Source: Adineta vaga (lineage: Eukaryota > Animalia > Rotifera). Taken from it: a stretch of DNA of 64,000 nucleotides. A program made the position numbers and the translations under genes. This document shows positions 12,768-27,169 of this stretch, piece by piece. The DNA lies in NCBI GenBank assembly GCA_021613535.1, contig CP075496.1, positions 7,006,001-7,070,000 of the forward strand. Reading direction: 5' to 3'. Below the pieces are notes generated by a model. It was given only the letters and a program-made list of their open reading frames with translations. It was not told where the DNA came from and made no database searches. The first letter of the stretch is position 1, and each line of letters starts with the position of its first letter.

Positions 12768-13208
12768 TCAACGTATACAACAAAGTAACTTTGTTGAACC
12801 ACTATACATAATTGTTAGAAGAAATGTTAAAGATATACTAATCCATAGTATTGCACATGAATGATTATTACATAGACGATTGTATTTATGTTGTACACAA
12901 TAAATATATGCGATGATGGAAAAAACACAACATACTAATGCTAATAAACTCATAAAACTATAAAATATGATATGAAACATTGGTTTTCGTTGTGGATTTT
13001 CAATTGAAAAGATTGATAGTAGAAGATAATAGATATCTGTTGATGCCATGACAAGAATGATTTTGAAATAAATGTTCGAACTAATCGCATCGTAACCATA
13101 TATATGTCCATAACGGCAAGAACCAAATACATACATTGAAATAAGTAGTGATATTTCGATGATAACACGTATGATATGAAGAACACCGAAACGATCACAA
13201 GGAAACAT
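12768..13208 (-). CDS. Uncharacterised four-transmembrane protein (146 aa)
   Basis: Open frame with four hydrophobic segments and Cys-containing loops. ATG is preceded by the acceptor-like ttttcacaag. Tail-to-tail with the CDK. Confidence 0.65.
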   Translation of the reverse strand: MFPCDRFGVLHIIRVIIEISLLISMYVFGSCRYGHIYGYDAISSNIYFKIILVMASTDIYYLLLSIFSIENPQRKPMFHIIFYSFMSLLALVCCVFSIIAYIYCVQHKYNRLCNNHSCAILWISISLTFLLTIMYSGSTKLLCCIR

Positions 13209-13970
13209 ACTTGTGAAAATAAAACTGACTTTTGTTTTGTTATTGAAAAAGAAAAAATAGATTTAATTCTTGACAATTTCGTTTGTATATCTATTCAAAG
13301 TTACAAGCGGAATGTTATTGATTACGCGCCTTTTTATCTGAATTTTTATTTGTATAGTATTCTATTCAATATTAAAATATTAAATCTCATGTATCAAGAA
13401 CATGAAGAATAGAATCATTCGAAAGTGTAGGTTTTTTTTCTTCATATTGTTGTGATCTATTTATCATTAGAAAGCTTAAAATTTTAACTAGAATCCCAAG
13501 GATATAAGTTATAAAAGATATACTGTTTAAAGCACGTATGTCTATTTGATGTTGAATATATGTTAAAGAATTAATAACTGAAGATCTTTGACCTGTTAAA
13601 TTAACAGACGGAAACGGCTGAGAATAGTTTTAATTGTTTCTACTCGACCTCGAAAAGTAAATGACTACATCATTGAAAAGTCATACTCATTCTTGGCATT
13701 CATTCAAATTTGAAAAGAATTCTCCAAGCATGAAGGACATCTTTTGCCTATAGACTTTTCTTTTCATCTATCCCTAATCCATACAATATTCATTACAATC
13801 TATCCTTTATTTTTCAATTTAAAAAGAAAGAAAACGAAAAGAAAAACTAATTTATCTAAGACATTCGTCTTTATTTTCTTTTAAATCACACACGCAAAAG
13901 AAGAAAAGAAAACGAAATGAAACAACCGGGCTACTATTATAATTTATAATACAAAAACGATTGTTAAGAT

Positions 13971-16900
13971 TTAATTTATTTGTAAATAATTGTCCGTTTC
14001 AGTTGTAATTAATTGTTGTTGTTTTTGACATAATGAATGATTTATTTGATAGAATGATGGTCGATCATAATCAGTTTTATGCCAACATAAGGTTATTAAT
14101 TCAATTAAATCTGCTGCATAGGATGGAATTGGTAAACAATGTTCTGAATTACGTAGATTCAAAAGAACTTGATCATCATCTAATAAACTATGTGGTCGTT
14201 CAGCCATTGTCAAAATTTCCCAAAGAAGAATACCAAATGAAAAAACATCAGATTTCGATGTGAATCGATTCTAAAAGAAAATTGAAACATTGAAAATAAA
14301 CTTAACATTCAAATCATTCTCTTACCAAACAAATTGTTTCCCATGCACACCATCGAATTGGTCGTCGTGTTTCAATGTCATTACCGATTGGTACTAAGAC
14401 ATAATCATCTGTATATGTCTCATTACACATAGCTAAATCTTGTAATTTTATAGTTAAGTCAAGTGATACTAAACAATTGCGTGCAGCAATATCACGATGG
14501 CAGATATGTAATGATTCTAAATATGATAAAGCCGATGATATTTGTGAACCAAAGAAAACTGCTGTAGCATAAAGACTATCATTCATTTGTTCTTCTCGTT
14601 TATAATGTTGTAAATATTGATAAAGATCGATGCTGGTAGAATCTAATGATTCTGTTATGAGAGACATCGTTGGTTCAGAACAATAACCATAAGCATGAAT
14701 AATATTTGGATGACAGAGAGATGTTAAAAGACTGATTTCATTGAAGAATGAAATTCTAAGAAAAGAAAAGAAAAAAAAGAAATACTAATAAGACATGTGA
14801 GAATTTCAGTTTATTATTTTACTTGGATTGAACGGATGAATTGGGAAGAAGACGTCGAATTGTAATCGGTACCGATGATTGATTTACTTGTAATTCACCT
14901 TGACAAATCTTTGAATAGAAAGAAAAACAAAATGTTAATTGCAGATATATGTCTATTAAAAGTTATCGGACAAATCTATTCTCATGTTGAAAAATGACTT
15001 TAGAAAAATTCTCCTATTCATTTTCAAAATTAAATTTACCTCTCCACCTCCAACATGTTGTTTTCGTGATTCTAATTTTCGTTTAATATTGATCTGATGC
15101 ATTGGTATAAATTGATTTTGATTCATATCAAATGTAAATAATCGTTGTGTACAATATGCACTATTTCCACAAATACCTTCGATATGGTTCTGTTGTATTA
15201 ATGAAGGTGTTCGTAATAGAGTTGTTGTAGGCATTAGTTTAGCATAATGAGGTGATGCTGAAGAAGTAATACTACCATTTGTACAAAGAAGATAAGGATG
15301 AGCTGGTCCTATTGTTGCATAACGATGATGACTAGAATTGAAATCAATATCGCTTGATGTTGTTGATGCTGATGAATTCGTATGATTATGTATGGGTGTA
15401 AAATAATGTTTCTTGATTTTTTTATGGACACTTAATGTACGTTGAATAAGTATAATGATCGCTCCTAACATTAAAACAATAGCCATTGTTGCTAAACATA
15501 CAGCAATATAAATCCAAAAATGATATGTTTCTTTTTGTAATTGTTGTTGAATAATAGGTTTCGTTGGTATTGTTATTGATGCTACTGTTGTTATTGGTGT
15601 TGGTATTGAAATCGGTACAACAAATGAATCGAATGTAATCTCACTAATTAATAACCAATTTCCATCGAAATATAAACGAAGTTTAAGTTGTGATGCAATA
15701 TGATTTTTTAAATCAATCATAATTGCTCGTGCCATTTCAAATTGATCATCATGTTGATTATTATATGTAATAAATGTTGAATTTTTTTCATTATCATTAT
15801 TTACAAATTCAATTGTAACCGAACGAAAAATGAAAATGTTTTTTGGATAATAATTATTAGCATGAATCGTCATACGAGAAAAATTTCTTAAAGTATCGAA
15901 GTTAAATTCAATACTTATAGAATAATTATGTTTTATTGAACGTGGTCGTCGCCAACCAACCTTAAAATAATGAGAATCATTTATAACAATTTGTCAAAAA
16001 TTATTTCTCTAAGATATGAGAAGATGAAGATTAATGCATTGATTGAAAGATAACTTTGACAAACCTTTGCTAAGAAGTGATAACTAGTTTATGATCAGCT
16101 CAATAAGACGATTGTCTGAGAAATACAATCATCACACCGTCTATTCAATTATCGATCGAATTCTGATACTACAATTCTTTAAACAACAGTTATAAAATTA
16201 GATTCAATTTCTGATTATAACTCAATTCTATTACATATTAATATAGATTTTATACGTAATGTGTCACTCTATTAACTCATTTCCTACTAGATGAATCAAT
16301 TCGATAAGAAATATATATATGTATCAAACAAAAGATTTTGATTTCTATCTTATGCTTTGACAAGCGTAGGTAGGAGTAGAACAGTGAATATCGATTTGAT
16401 AAACTACATAATATATCATTGACAGAGAAAGACGCTCATATCTTATCTTTATATACGAGAAATGATACACATATATGTGAATGTTATCATTACAAAGCAT
16501 CAATGAACTAACGAAAGCTTTTCTCATTATCATTTCTTTATAAGTCAAAAATCTTCTTCTTCCTTCTTTTCTTTTCTTTTCTTTTCCTTTCAAAACTTAC
16601 CCATTGAAATCCACGAGCATCTTCACGATTATCTGGACCTGTTTGTCCATCTGATAATTGTCCAAGACCATCTTAAAAAGAAAAATGCATTTCCAAATAA
16701 CTGAATAAAACATCACTTTCTCTTACCATATAAATATCGTTGTTTTTCATCATATTGTCCATCGTAGGAATCATCTTCAAGTTGATTTGCGCCTTGTAAC
16801 ATATTATATGATACAACACCATCAGTAAAAATACAGCCAAATAATTCGAATTGAATACATAATGCTTTTTCCATATGTTTAATACTTAATCGAACATGTT

Positions 16901-17329
16901 TAGCAATCATTGGTGGATCGAGAAGGATTTTTTCTTGATATGTATTTTGTAAACGATATGAACGCCAAATTGTATATTGATCAATCGTATTATCACGTGT
17001 ATATTCAAGATGATAATTTGTATTTGAAAGAATATTGGATTTGATTTCTAGAGATGTTATATAAGTTAAATTGGGTAAAGTTACATGTAGATAAGGTTTA
17101 ACATCTGTAGATGATGGACACCAATTTGATAATTGATTAAGATTACTACTAGTGACGATTTTTGAATTTTTTATAAGTGGAGTTTGACAAGATGCAGTAC
17201 CCTCTGTTGAAAGAAAGAAAGAATAAAAGATATAAATAGAATTTGAATTCTATTTTGGCACTTACTTAATTCCATTGATTCAATCAGAATTCCATTGTAT
17301 AAAACGAGTAGCAATAAGACTACCCTCAT
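13971..17329 (-). CDS. DDR: Discoidin domain receptor-like receptor tyrosine (pseudo)kinase
   Basis: Signal peptide MRVVLLLLVL, discoidin domain (WCP...LDPPMIAKHVR...FELFGC), DS-like domain (GLGQLSDG, WLLISEITFDS), TM helix, IEGICGNSAY juxtamembrane motif, TK domain (HRDIAARNCLV, PIRWCAWETI, CW...RPSF). Confidence 0.9.
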
Positions 17330-20300
17330 CTTAATTGTATGGAGAATGAATTGAAAAAGAATAAAATGTGTGTGTGTATATATCTGAAACATATTGATAT
17401 ATATATATATATATATAAGAAGAGAGAGAAAGAGATGAAGAGGAAGAGAAGAAAATGTATGGGAAAGGAGAAAAAACAGAATCGATTGTCAATCTTGACA
17501 GGTGTTTGTTAGAGCGAGAAAAGAATCCAATAATGCGATGAAGATTTTATTTTGCCATTTATCACTGTCTATATCAAGTGTGAAATTTTGTTCATGCCTG
17601 TTTATATAAAAATATATATATAGATTTGTGACGATTGATGGCATCCTGATAACGATCCTTCCGTATGTGTTCAATGAGCATGAATAGCCTTGAAACACAC
17701 AGACACACGTATATAAATCGAATAAAATTCTCGTCTGTTTACAGCATTAGGTCAGACATCATCATCATCATCATCATCATCAGTGCTCAGAGATTTTGTC
17801 CTGCTGAGCGACGACGACGTGTTGATTAGATTTCGTTTTGAGGAAGAAAGCAAGCATAAATGATTAGACAAAAATATTTAAAGCAAAACGAAGAAGAGAG
17901 AAAAAAAGAGAGACGGATAGGGAAGAATAAGAATAGATTGAAAATAAAATTATGGCTTGTATGGTGAACTTCCTATGATTAAACATATATATTATGAGAA
18001 ACAACTAGTTGTATTGCGCAAGGCTGTTATAGCCCTGATAAATGATTTCTTCTACGTCCTACGTACACGTATATGTATATATATATATGTGTGTGGATGT
18101 GTAAGCGCAAACGTAACCGGAGAGATTAGAAGGATGATTTGATGAAGAAGAAAAAGTGTATGTGCACACATATGCATATATATTTTTCTTTCTTGACGTC
18201 TTATTCAACGCACGGATGATTCTTTGACCAACCGGAGTAGGTTTGGTCAATTTTATATGATAAGATTTAAAGATCGATAAAAGTCAAAAAGGAAGAAGGA
18301 AGACAAACGAAATGTTTATCTTTTCTAATAAACATACATGTCAAAAGAAGTGATTTCATTGATTCATCTCAATCCACACTCTAATGAGATGTGTCCATCT
18401 TTCTCATCAATATATATACACATATACATTGTGCTCATTGATATTCTAGCAGGAACATACTCTTTAACTTCCTGCTTTTTCTTCAGCCGTCTATCAAATG
18501 ATGATGATGATGGTGGTCATTGAATGAAAAAAATAAATGAATGGCCTTGATGACCGGCGCACACACATACACACACAAGTGTCGACAAGAGAGCATAGAA
18601 TGATCGATGAGCCATCCCAAACGTTCACTGACATGAGTGGCCTTTGCATGTTGACTGGCTATCGTCATAATTAGACCAAAAAAAAACTTCTTCGGTGCTG
18701 ACTGACCTTTCAGATTACTCACGCTTATCAAGGACATAAAGGAAAAGACAAAGATAATTGAACATTAGTAGTGCACCAGCTGATGAATGTTTTATAAGCT
18801 TGATTAGAAGATAAGCTTTAAGATGGATTTTGACGAACTTTACAATCGAAAGAAGTAGAAGAAGAAGAAAAAGAAAGAGAAAGAGCAAATTATGAATGAT
18901 AGGACGTTCTGATGATGACAGTCTAATTATAATAACAGGGAAAAAAGAATGATAATGAAGGAAGTCAGTGTCTCAAGACAAAGAAAAAAAAAGAAAAAGA
19001 AAAGAATAGAGTGCGTGTCCGAGATGGATGATGAACAATCGAAGAAAAAGAAACGTAATCTTAAAAGATTGACTCTTCAATTTTCGAACTCACTAAAAAG
19101 TAAAAGAATAGAAGTTCAGTTGTGTACATATATGTTTGCCTATTTGTTCAGCACTTGTGCTGGCTCTCTGTCTGGCTAACTGTCGTCATCAGATCTAATG
19201 TCATTCTGTTAAAGACAATGGGAGGAAACAATTATGTCTTATGCATACTTTCGCCTGACCGCGATCATCAATCCACGTAAAGTCCATTTAGATCGAGTTG
19301 GAGAAAATGAGTGAAATCTGATGCGCGATGCAATATAGAATTGTCTAAGATGAAGAGAAAAAAGAGCTGAGAAGAGAGCGAAAGTAGGGGATGGCACTGT
19401 CGATTTTCTCTCTCTCTCCCTCCCTCCTCTATCATTATTTATTGCATAATAAATTTAGTTTTTTTCTCTGTACTCATATTCATTCCATTCTATTTAATAG
19501 TAGCCAGTCGAGCGATCTATCTCCAGGGAGAAAAAGAGTTCTTTTTACTCATCTCTAGATAGATATATAATATTGTTTTAACATGCCCAAATGTAATTGA
19601 GATACAGTGTACGATAGTGATTTAAACAAACTCCATGCTTGCAATGATGACAAGTGTTAGAAATAGATAAGAGTTGTTGTCCCTCTGTCGCGTTTTTTAA
19701 TGATACAGAAGGCAAGGGAAATTATCATGTCTGGAGTTCAAAATGAGTTATGGGCTACTGTACAATGTTAGACAAAAGAATAGGTCAAGAGAAGAAGTGA
19801 GAGAGAGAGAGAGAAAAAAACGGAAGCAATCGACTTTCAACTATCCGCGTTCGCGCGAGTGACATAATTTCAATTCAAGTGTAGGCCTATTCATCACTTC
19901 TCTTTTTTCATTTTATCATCAAACACAATAAAAATGAATGCATATATAAATATATATATCACTGGCAAAAAACAAATAGACTAACTTGTCTGTTTAAGGA
20001 TTAGAAAAAAACAATACATAGAGAAGTGTGTGTGTGGGATAGATGATAAAGGCAAGATGAATGAGCTATGTGTTTGTATACTTCAAATCTTTAAAATTGA
20101 TCGATTGAGTTAAAAGGATCACTACATGAATGGACCTCGAGGCGTATGTGTATATATCGAGATGACAATTATCGATCGGACAGACAGGCAGACATTCTCA
20201 AGGTGATGATGAGATGTTATCTATACTAAAAAGATAGATCATAACCATGCATCATATGCACATATAGTCGCTCGACATTTTTTAGTCGTTGTTGTTTTCA

Positions 20301-23300
20301 AACATCTGGTGTGTTGAAAGAGGAAGAAGGATATAGTTCGATCAAAATCCTTACTGATCTCTTCCGGTTAAAGACAAGAAGAACAAACTACTGTTTACAT
20401 TATACTTACATAGACGATGAATGACACATTATGTACAAATGTCTGTAAGAACAACAATAATAATACTAACACACGTAATTAAATTGAACTTTATCGATAG
20501 ATTACAATTTGTCTTCGATGTCATTTAGACATAAATCTATTCTTTTCTTTCGGACGTGTTGATTTCATTGCTACACATTAACTACAAAAAAAAATCTATG
20601 AATCTTACTGGTTACACAAGCAGCTCATCTAATGTGTCTGTATATATATATATATAAATGTCCATACAAATAGGCAAAGATCGTTTTCTTTCTTTTTCTT
20701 TTTTCTTTTTCGTTTAAACATCTCCGAACAATAGAAGAAGGTTGTTGCTAGAAAGACGAGTAACTCTTCTCAAGTATCTCGTTCTTCAAGACATATATAT
20801 ATATATATATAAATCGAGCTTCAATGAAAGAAAAGTACAAGCAAAGAGAAGAAGAAAAAAAGAATTCGACGATGGTTTTCATCACTAACAATTATAGTGA
20901 ACATAAATACGCGACAGCATATCTATTATGCATTGCAGTGATTGTTGTTCTCTGTGAAAGGCGCATATATACTTTAATTTCACGGCAGAACTATACACAC
21001 ATGCAAAAGTGGTGCTCGACCACTTACTTACGCAACAGAAAATGCCGGGTACTACAAGCGACGTCAATGTATTCACCTTGGAATAAAATAACGCAAATAT
21101 TTAAGATGAAGAAGAAGAAAAATAATAATGATGGAATATGAGCAAGTATGAAAAGAAGAACAAGAATTTTTACATTTACCTGTTTAGTTCGGAAATGAAG
21201 AGACGAAGAATAACAGAGAGTAAAAAGAGCGGGAGGGAGAGAGAGATAAGATTGCTTTCTCTCTCTCTCTCTCCTTCCCTTCCCTTCTGCTCTTTCATCA
21301 ATAACGACAGCCACGAAAAGAAAAGAAGAGAGAAGAAAAAGGAAAAAGGAGGGATTCAACTGATGAACAGCTCATTTTCTCGGTAAGAACAAAAGAAAAT
21401 TATCTCTAACGGATATACATTCGCGTGTTATATTAAATAAAACTACATAGATGGAAGCAGCTCATTTTAACCAAAACAAAAAAGAAATAAACACCTGTCG
21501 GATAGCGTGTACATCTCTAACATATGTAAAAACTAATCGAAACGTGAAATAGCGACGGCATATAATTGATGAAAGTCTTTCTATCTCCCGTATTATTCCT
21601 TTATGTTTCAAGTGAAACTGACTTTTTCTCTCTGTCCACAGGCAGATGGACAGTCTCATTTTAATAGATGCAATTAATTTCCTATACAGACGATGTCGAC
21701 AACAATATTATTATCGACACGATCCATAAATTAAAAGCAGAGTGTCTCAATCAGAAAGAAAATTACACGACATACATGGCATCTTCTTGCTTCATTTTCA
21801 TTCTCTACTGATTGATTGTAACGAATGACTGATCAGTATGTTGGTAACATACATGGGAAATAGAAAGTACTTGACGCGCTAAATTAAGACGAAGAATCTG
21901 CAATGTTTCAAAATTGACATCTGTCGTAAATCTCTTGCATGCTCACTTGTTGCGATTTGACCTTGTCGGTCAGTTAACGGTTATAGTGATATGCAGTATT
22001 AAATATGATAAGACGAATCTCCTATCAAGGACCAAACATGTCTAAATATATGGACACACTTATGAGTATGTCCAATGAGCTCTTCTTATGATGGATCGAT
22101 TTTAATTTTGTTCATAGTACAAAGCTGATAACGATCGAGCAAACAAACTAGAGAATGAATAAATGAATGAATGAATGCCATCGATGATAAAGATAAAAAT
22201 AAATATTCGATTGCTACATACATACGTATGCACATATATCTATTATTAGACGATGATGGATGATGAATAAAATGCTTATTGTTATTTTAAATACAGGGTA
22301 TGCCTATATGAACTTTTTCGTTTTCATATGAGTTTATTTCCTCGAAGTCAATCTGATTAAGAAGGATATATATATATATATATAAATATATATTTGTATA
22401 CGAAACATCTTTCTTCATCAATTTTCTCTTGTTGAAGAGAGAACAACCTGTGTTTGATTCTTTAACCCTTAGGCTTTGGCTAAAGCGGCGTATTTCTTGA
22501 TCCACATCGAGTGATGGTCAAGAACATACTGTGAACTAGTAGAAACGGAAATGGAACGTGTATGCCCGCTGTCCATTTCATTTATGTATGTATATACGTA
22601 TGTATGTCTTGTTCAAAACAATCTTATCGCACCCACTCGTTTGCCCGCTCTCGTGTTCTTCTCATCATTATCACATGCATATATATATATATGGTCGGAT
22701 AGGCTTGCGGCGACAATCAACTTTGCTCTCATGTCTAAATTATTTACTTTTCGTTTCGTTCTTCTCTGATCTTGTGCAGTCAACTGAGAAATCTTGACTT
22801 GACAACGAAAGGTGGCGAAAGATATTTCCTGTTGATGGCGTAACATCAATTAGATAAATGTTTTCTTTTGTTGAATTGATGATATATATGCGTCCCATAA
22901 CTGTTATAATTTAGACCCTGAACAATCATCACATATATAATGTCATTAAAACTAACAATAGGAGATATATGTATTTATATAAACATCATTTGTTCCATTT
23001 TAGTAGATTGTATACATAAAGTGCAATAGGATACAGATTGTTAGAGTGCGCCATATCGCTATGAAGGCAAGTAGAGTGAGTAATTGAAACAAAATAACGA
23101 ACCACAATTATCTCATCATCGATGACCTCGACCGAGTGTTATATTTTGTTGGACACAGATGTAATGGCAACATATGTATGTTCAACTTCATCTAGTTCGA
23201 TAAAGTACAAAGATGATGTCATGTTCAATCGTCGAAACCTAGCTGTTGCTGTTAGTCATAGAGACGATGACGATGACGACGACGAAGAAGAAGAAGAAGA

Positions 23301-25000
23301 AGAGAGAAATGAAATCTAAATAAAAGTTAATTATCAATTAAAACATTCTGTTATGTCAATTGTTTTGCCAAGTTTCATCTTGTCATCAAACTGAACGGTG
23401 CAAATTGTCTGTTTGCTAAGGATTGGTTTGATCTCACATCAGAAAAGAAAAACGAAATTACCGCCGTATGTTTTGATGATGATGATGATGATGATGATAA
23501 TCAATAATGAGCGAAAAGATTGTTTTCTTTTTCGTAGTTATCAAATAAGAACATACATTTCTTATACTAAATACACGTATTTCAATTCATGTTGAACTTT
23601 GCTATCTAGGAGAAGAAGACAACTGAATCTTCGTTTTTTTTCTATTCACTACTTCTATTTCAGCTATATTATTTAATTATCTATAGAATAGATACTCTTT
23701 TTCTTGGAATGCTATATTCTGATAGCCAGAAGAATATCTTACCAACTATCTATAACGCTTAGTCATTGCCAGAAGGTACCTTGCTGTTTTCTAATATAGT
23801 TCTATATTTGTGCGCAGTGGTAGTAGTAGTTGTAATAGAATGATAAAATTACGACCTTGTTAAACTATAATCAACATATGATCTTAGAACCTTGATAGAT
23901 ATGCAAAGAATGATTATTTTCTATCATTAAAACAGTTTCTTTTATTAAATTAATTGGAGATTAATAACAAATATCTTATTGACAATAGGAATAACAAGTG
24001 TCTAGAAGATAGAAGTCATCGTTCTTGATCTCAAACCTTGTACGTTGTGTTCTTTATCGCAATTGTTATTGATAACAATGATACTGTAAATCAAATTAAT
24101 CGTCATAAGTGTTCAACAATGTCGCGACATACTATCAGTACATACTTTGAATAGACGATTTTTTCTGTTTTAATAATATAGAAGTAATTGGAAGACCTCG
24201 TGTCTGCGATGCTCTTATGCTAATTCTTCGTTTGATGAATATTTGATAATGTATTTTCGATACATAATCTACATACTATTTTGTTTTATTATATCAAACA
24301 GATTTTCTCACTTTGAACATTACACACATGTTTATTTATAGGAAAAATATAGCTATTGAGTATATATTACAAATATTGCTTACTTCACACGTATTGTGAG
24401 TAATGTGACATTCTGCTATTCAAGGTTGCAAGAAATTATTTTCTCTACCACGAAATACTATCATATAATTGAATAAACCATAGAATTTGTTGTCATCACT
24501 AATAATCCTTCACTGTTAGTTAAGTTCTATATGTCGAGCATGAATTAATTGTATCTTTTATTTCCAGACAAATTCAATTGTAAAGCTTTACTAGTTCTAT
24601 GCGTATATGTGGAAGGAAAATAAAGACAAGTGGAAACTTACTCTGCTCAGAGTATAACGACTGCATCAATCAGTATTCTTTTTTTTTCGAATAAGTTTTA
24701 ATTGACTAATCAAAAAGAAAAACGATATTAGATAGATCTTGCCTTGGTTGCTGAAGCTCAAACATTTCTAATATGAACAATTTATTCATGCATGTGAGAA
24801 GTTTCTGCTTATTTAGGTAATGTGAATTTATTGATATATGCATAATTCGATAATTAAGAGAATGATACCGTTATCGAGCGCCCTCTGTGTATTCGAATAG
24901 TTTGCAGGAGAGACTGGATGTTCTTAGTAAGCAATGACGGTAGAATATAGGTACAGAAATTTTTATTTCAACGAAACGAAGATCATTTTCTCTGACAAAC
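17330..25000. promoter_or_regulatory. Large non-coding, microsatellite-rich region upstream of DDR (probable long 5' introns/cis-regulatory domain)
   Basis: About 7.7 kb without credible coding exons. Many (TA)n, (GA)n, (CAT)n and (GAT/GAA)n tracts, e.g. 17757-17781, 23265-23302, 23474-23498. Regulatory role is inferred. Confidence 0.45.
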
Positions 25001-25027
25001 TGCTTTTGTCAAAAATAATTAGTTGCA

Positions 25028-26310
25028 ATGTTACGAATAAATCCAAGTAAAAGATTTTCAACATAATCAATTTAAATTTCATGTATTTCTCTACAGATCG
25101 TGCATTAATTCAATCGATTCATCGTTTTACATCTTCCTTGCCTAATTATGAAACATTAAAACTATCTCAACCGAAAGAACATGTAGTTCTAGTTGAATTA
25201 AATCGACCATCAAAACTCAATTCAATCAATAAACAATTATTCGAGTAGATTATTTCGTACTTTATTAACATATTATAGTGTGAACGTGTTTTTTTTGAGA
25301 GAGTTAAAAACATGTTTCGAACAATTAAATACGGAGAAAACATGTCGTGCAATCGTATTGACAGGTGCTGGTAGAACCTTTACTACTGGTTTGTATTAGG
25401 AAGTTATTGTTGAATTTGTTCATAGATATCTTTTTAGGTATTGATGTGAAATATTTATCAACAATTCCTTCAGGTGAACTTAATCAGATTGATGACATAG
25501 CTCGAAAAGCTATGTGTCTTCGACGTATTATACAACAAACACAATCATCTTTACGAGCAGTGGATAAAGTAAATATAAATTGATTGATGACGATTTTAAT
25601 GTTTTCATTTCTACATAATAGTGTGAAAAACCGATCATTGCTGCTGTTCATGGCCATTGTATAGGTGCTGGTGTTGATCTATTATCTTGTTGTGATATTC
25701 GTTATAGTTCAAGTGAAACAATATTTTCTATTAAAGTAAATTGATATTTTTGTATAAAAAAAAAGAATATCTCATGGATGTAATTATATTTGTAGGAAGT
25801 TGATATGGGTTTAGCTGCTGATATTAGTACATTACAAATACTACCGAAATTCATCAGTAATCATAGTCTTTTTCGAGAACTTGTTTATACATCACGAACA
25901 TTCAAAAATGATGAAGCTCAACAAATTGGATTGATTAGGTATGAACGACATGTATTTGAATGATAATTATTAATTCATTGATTAATTAGTCGCGTTTTTG
26001 ATACTCGTGAAGCTGTTATCGATGGAGCTATTCATTTAGCAAATATAATTGCTTGTAAAAGTCCTATAGCTGTACAAGGTTCAAAAATAAACTTGAATTA
26101 TGCACGTGATCATAGTACTGAAGATAATTTTAATTTTGCAGTAAGTTAAAAAACGAAAATCTTTCTTTACAATTTTTCTGATTATGTGTTTAGTGTACAT
26201 GGAATAGTAGTATGCTACTTAGTGAAGATATTTTGAAAAGTGTGATGGCATCAACAGAGAAAAGTAATAACAAAGATACATTACATAAAATTGAATTTGA
26301 AAATATTTAA
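25028..26310 (+). CDS. ECH1: Delta(3,5)-delta(2,4)-dienoyl-CoA isomerase (crotonase family)
   Basis: Spliced exons give VELNRPSKLNSIN, RAIVLTGAGRTFTTGID, KPIIAAVHGHCIGAGVDLLSCCDIRY, KEVDMGLAAD, KSPIAVQGSKINLNYARDHS, WNSSMLLSEDI. Confidence 0.93.
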
Positions 26311-26343
26311 ACAAATAAAGTCTTCTTTTTTAATCGTTGATTT

Positions 26344-26964
26344 TTATTCAGAAAATTTTGCAGAAATTTGTAGATGACGTTGAATTGCTTGTGATAGTTG
26401 ACGTTGACGTACTTTATCATAGCCAAAGGTTCTTTTATCATTTATTTGTTCTTGAAGTTGAAGATTTTGTTTGTCGAGTAGCGTCTTTTTTCGTTCAATG
26501 ATCAGATGTCGATTAATTTCATAATCATGATTTCGTCGTGCAGATTCAAGTCGTCGATGTTTATTTTCTGGACTAATAACATGAATATTATGAGAACAAG
26601 TTATAGAAGAACTTCGTTTTGGAAATGTTTCGTTTTTCATGACATTTGTAGATCGTTGAATTGGTTTAGATGGATAAGAATCAGATGTTTCTTGTAGTAT
26701 TTCTACTAAATCTGATGATCTCAATGGATACGATTCATCTTCTTTGACACTTTGTTTAACTGTAAGGTTTATTAATTGTTTTCGTTCTTCTTCAAGTTGT
26801 TGATGTTGAGTTAAACATCGAATTTTTTGTTTGTATTCGCTTTCTAATTGTTTTAATTGTAAATGTAACTTGTCATCATAGATTTGATTTAATTGTGTTC
26901 GATAATGACGTATTTGTCGTGATATTCGTTGAATATATTTCAATTGTTCAGTTGATTTTTCCAT
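26344..26964 (-). CDS. Uncharacterised coiled-coil protein (about 206 aa)
   Basis: Long single ORF from MEKSTEQLKY with genome-typical codon usage and Q/E/K/R-rich heptad segments. The stop is 33 nt from the ECH1 stop. Confidence 0.7.
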   Translation of the reverse strand: MEKSTEQLKYIQRISRQIRHYRTQLNQIYDDKLHLQLKQLESEYKQKIRCLTQHQQLEEERKQLINLTVKQSVKEDESYPLRSSDLVEILQETSDSYPSKPIQRSTNVMKNETFPKRSSSITCSHNIHVISPENKHRRLESARRNHDYEINRHLIIERKKTLLDKQNLQLQEQINDKRTFGYDKVRQRQLSQAIQRHLQISAKFSE

Positions 26965-27169
26965 CGTATGATACTGTCTCACCTTCACTACAGTTTTGTT
27001 CAAAGTAAAAATACTGTCAAACTCATTTCTATCGGAAATGATCTCGTTCAACGAAGGAAAGAAGAAACAAAAAATAAATGAAGTGAATAGTCTCGAGAAC
27101 ACTCAAAAACTAAGAACGAAGTATTAAAAATAGATTCTTAAAACGATTTTACCTTGTTTTATTTTCTAG

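Noticed and set aside
17400-23600. Numerous 60-110 aa ORFs on both strands
   Set aside because: They are built from microsatellites and poly-A/T runs, with no motifs or exon-like codon usage.
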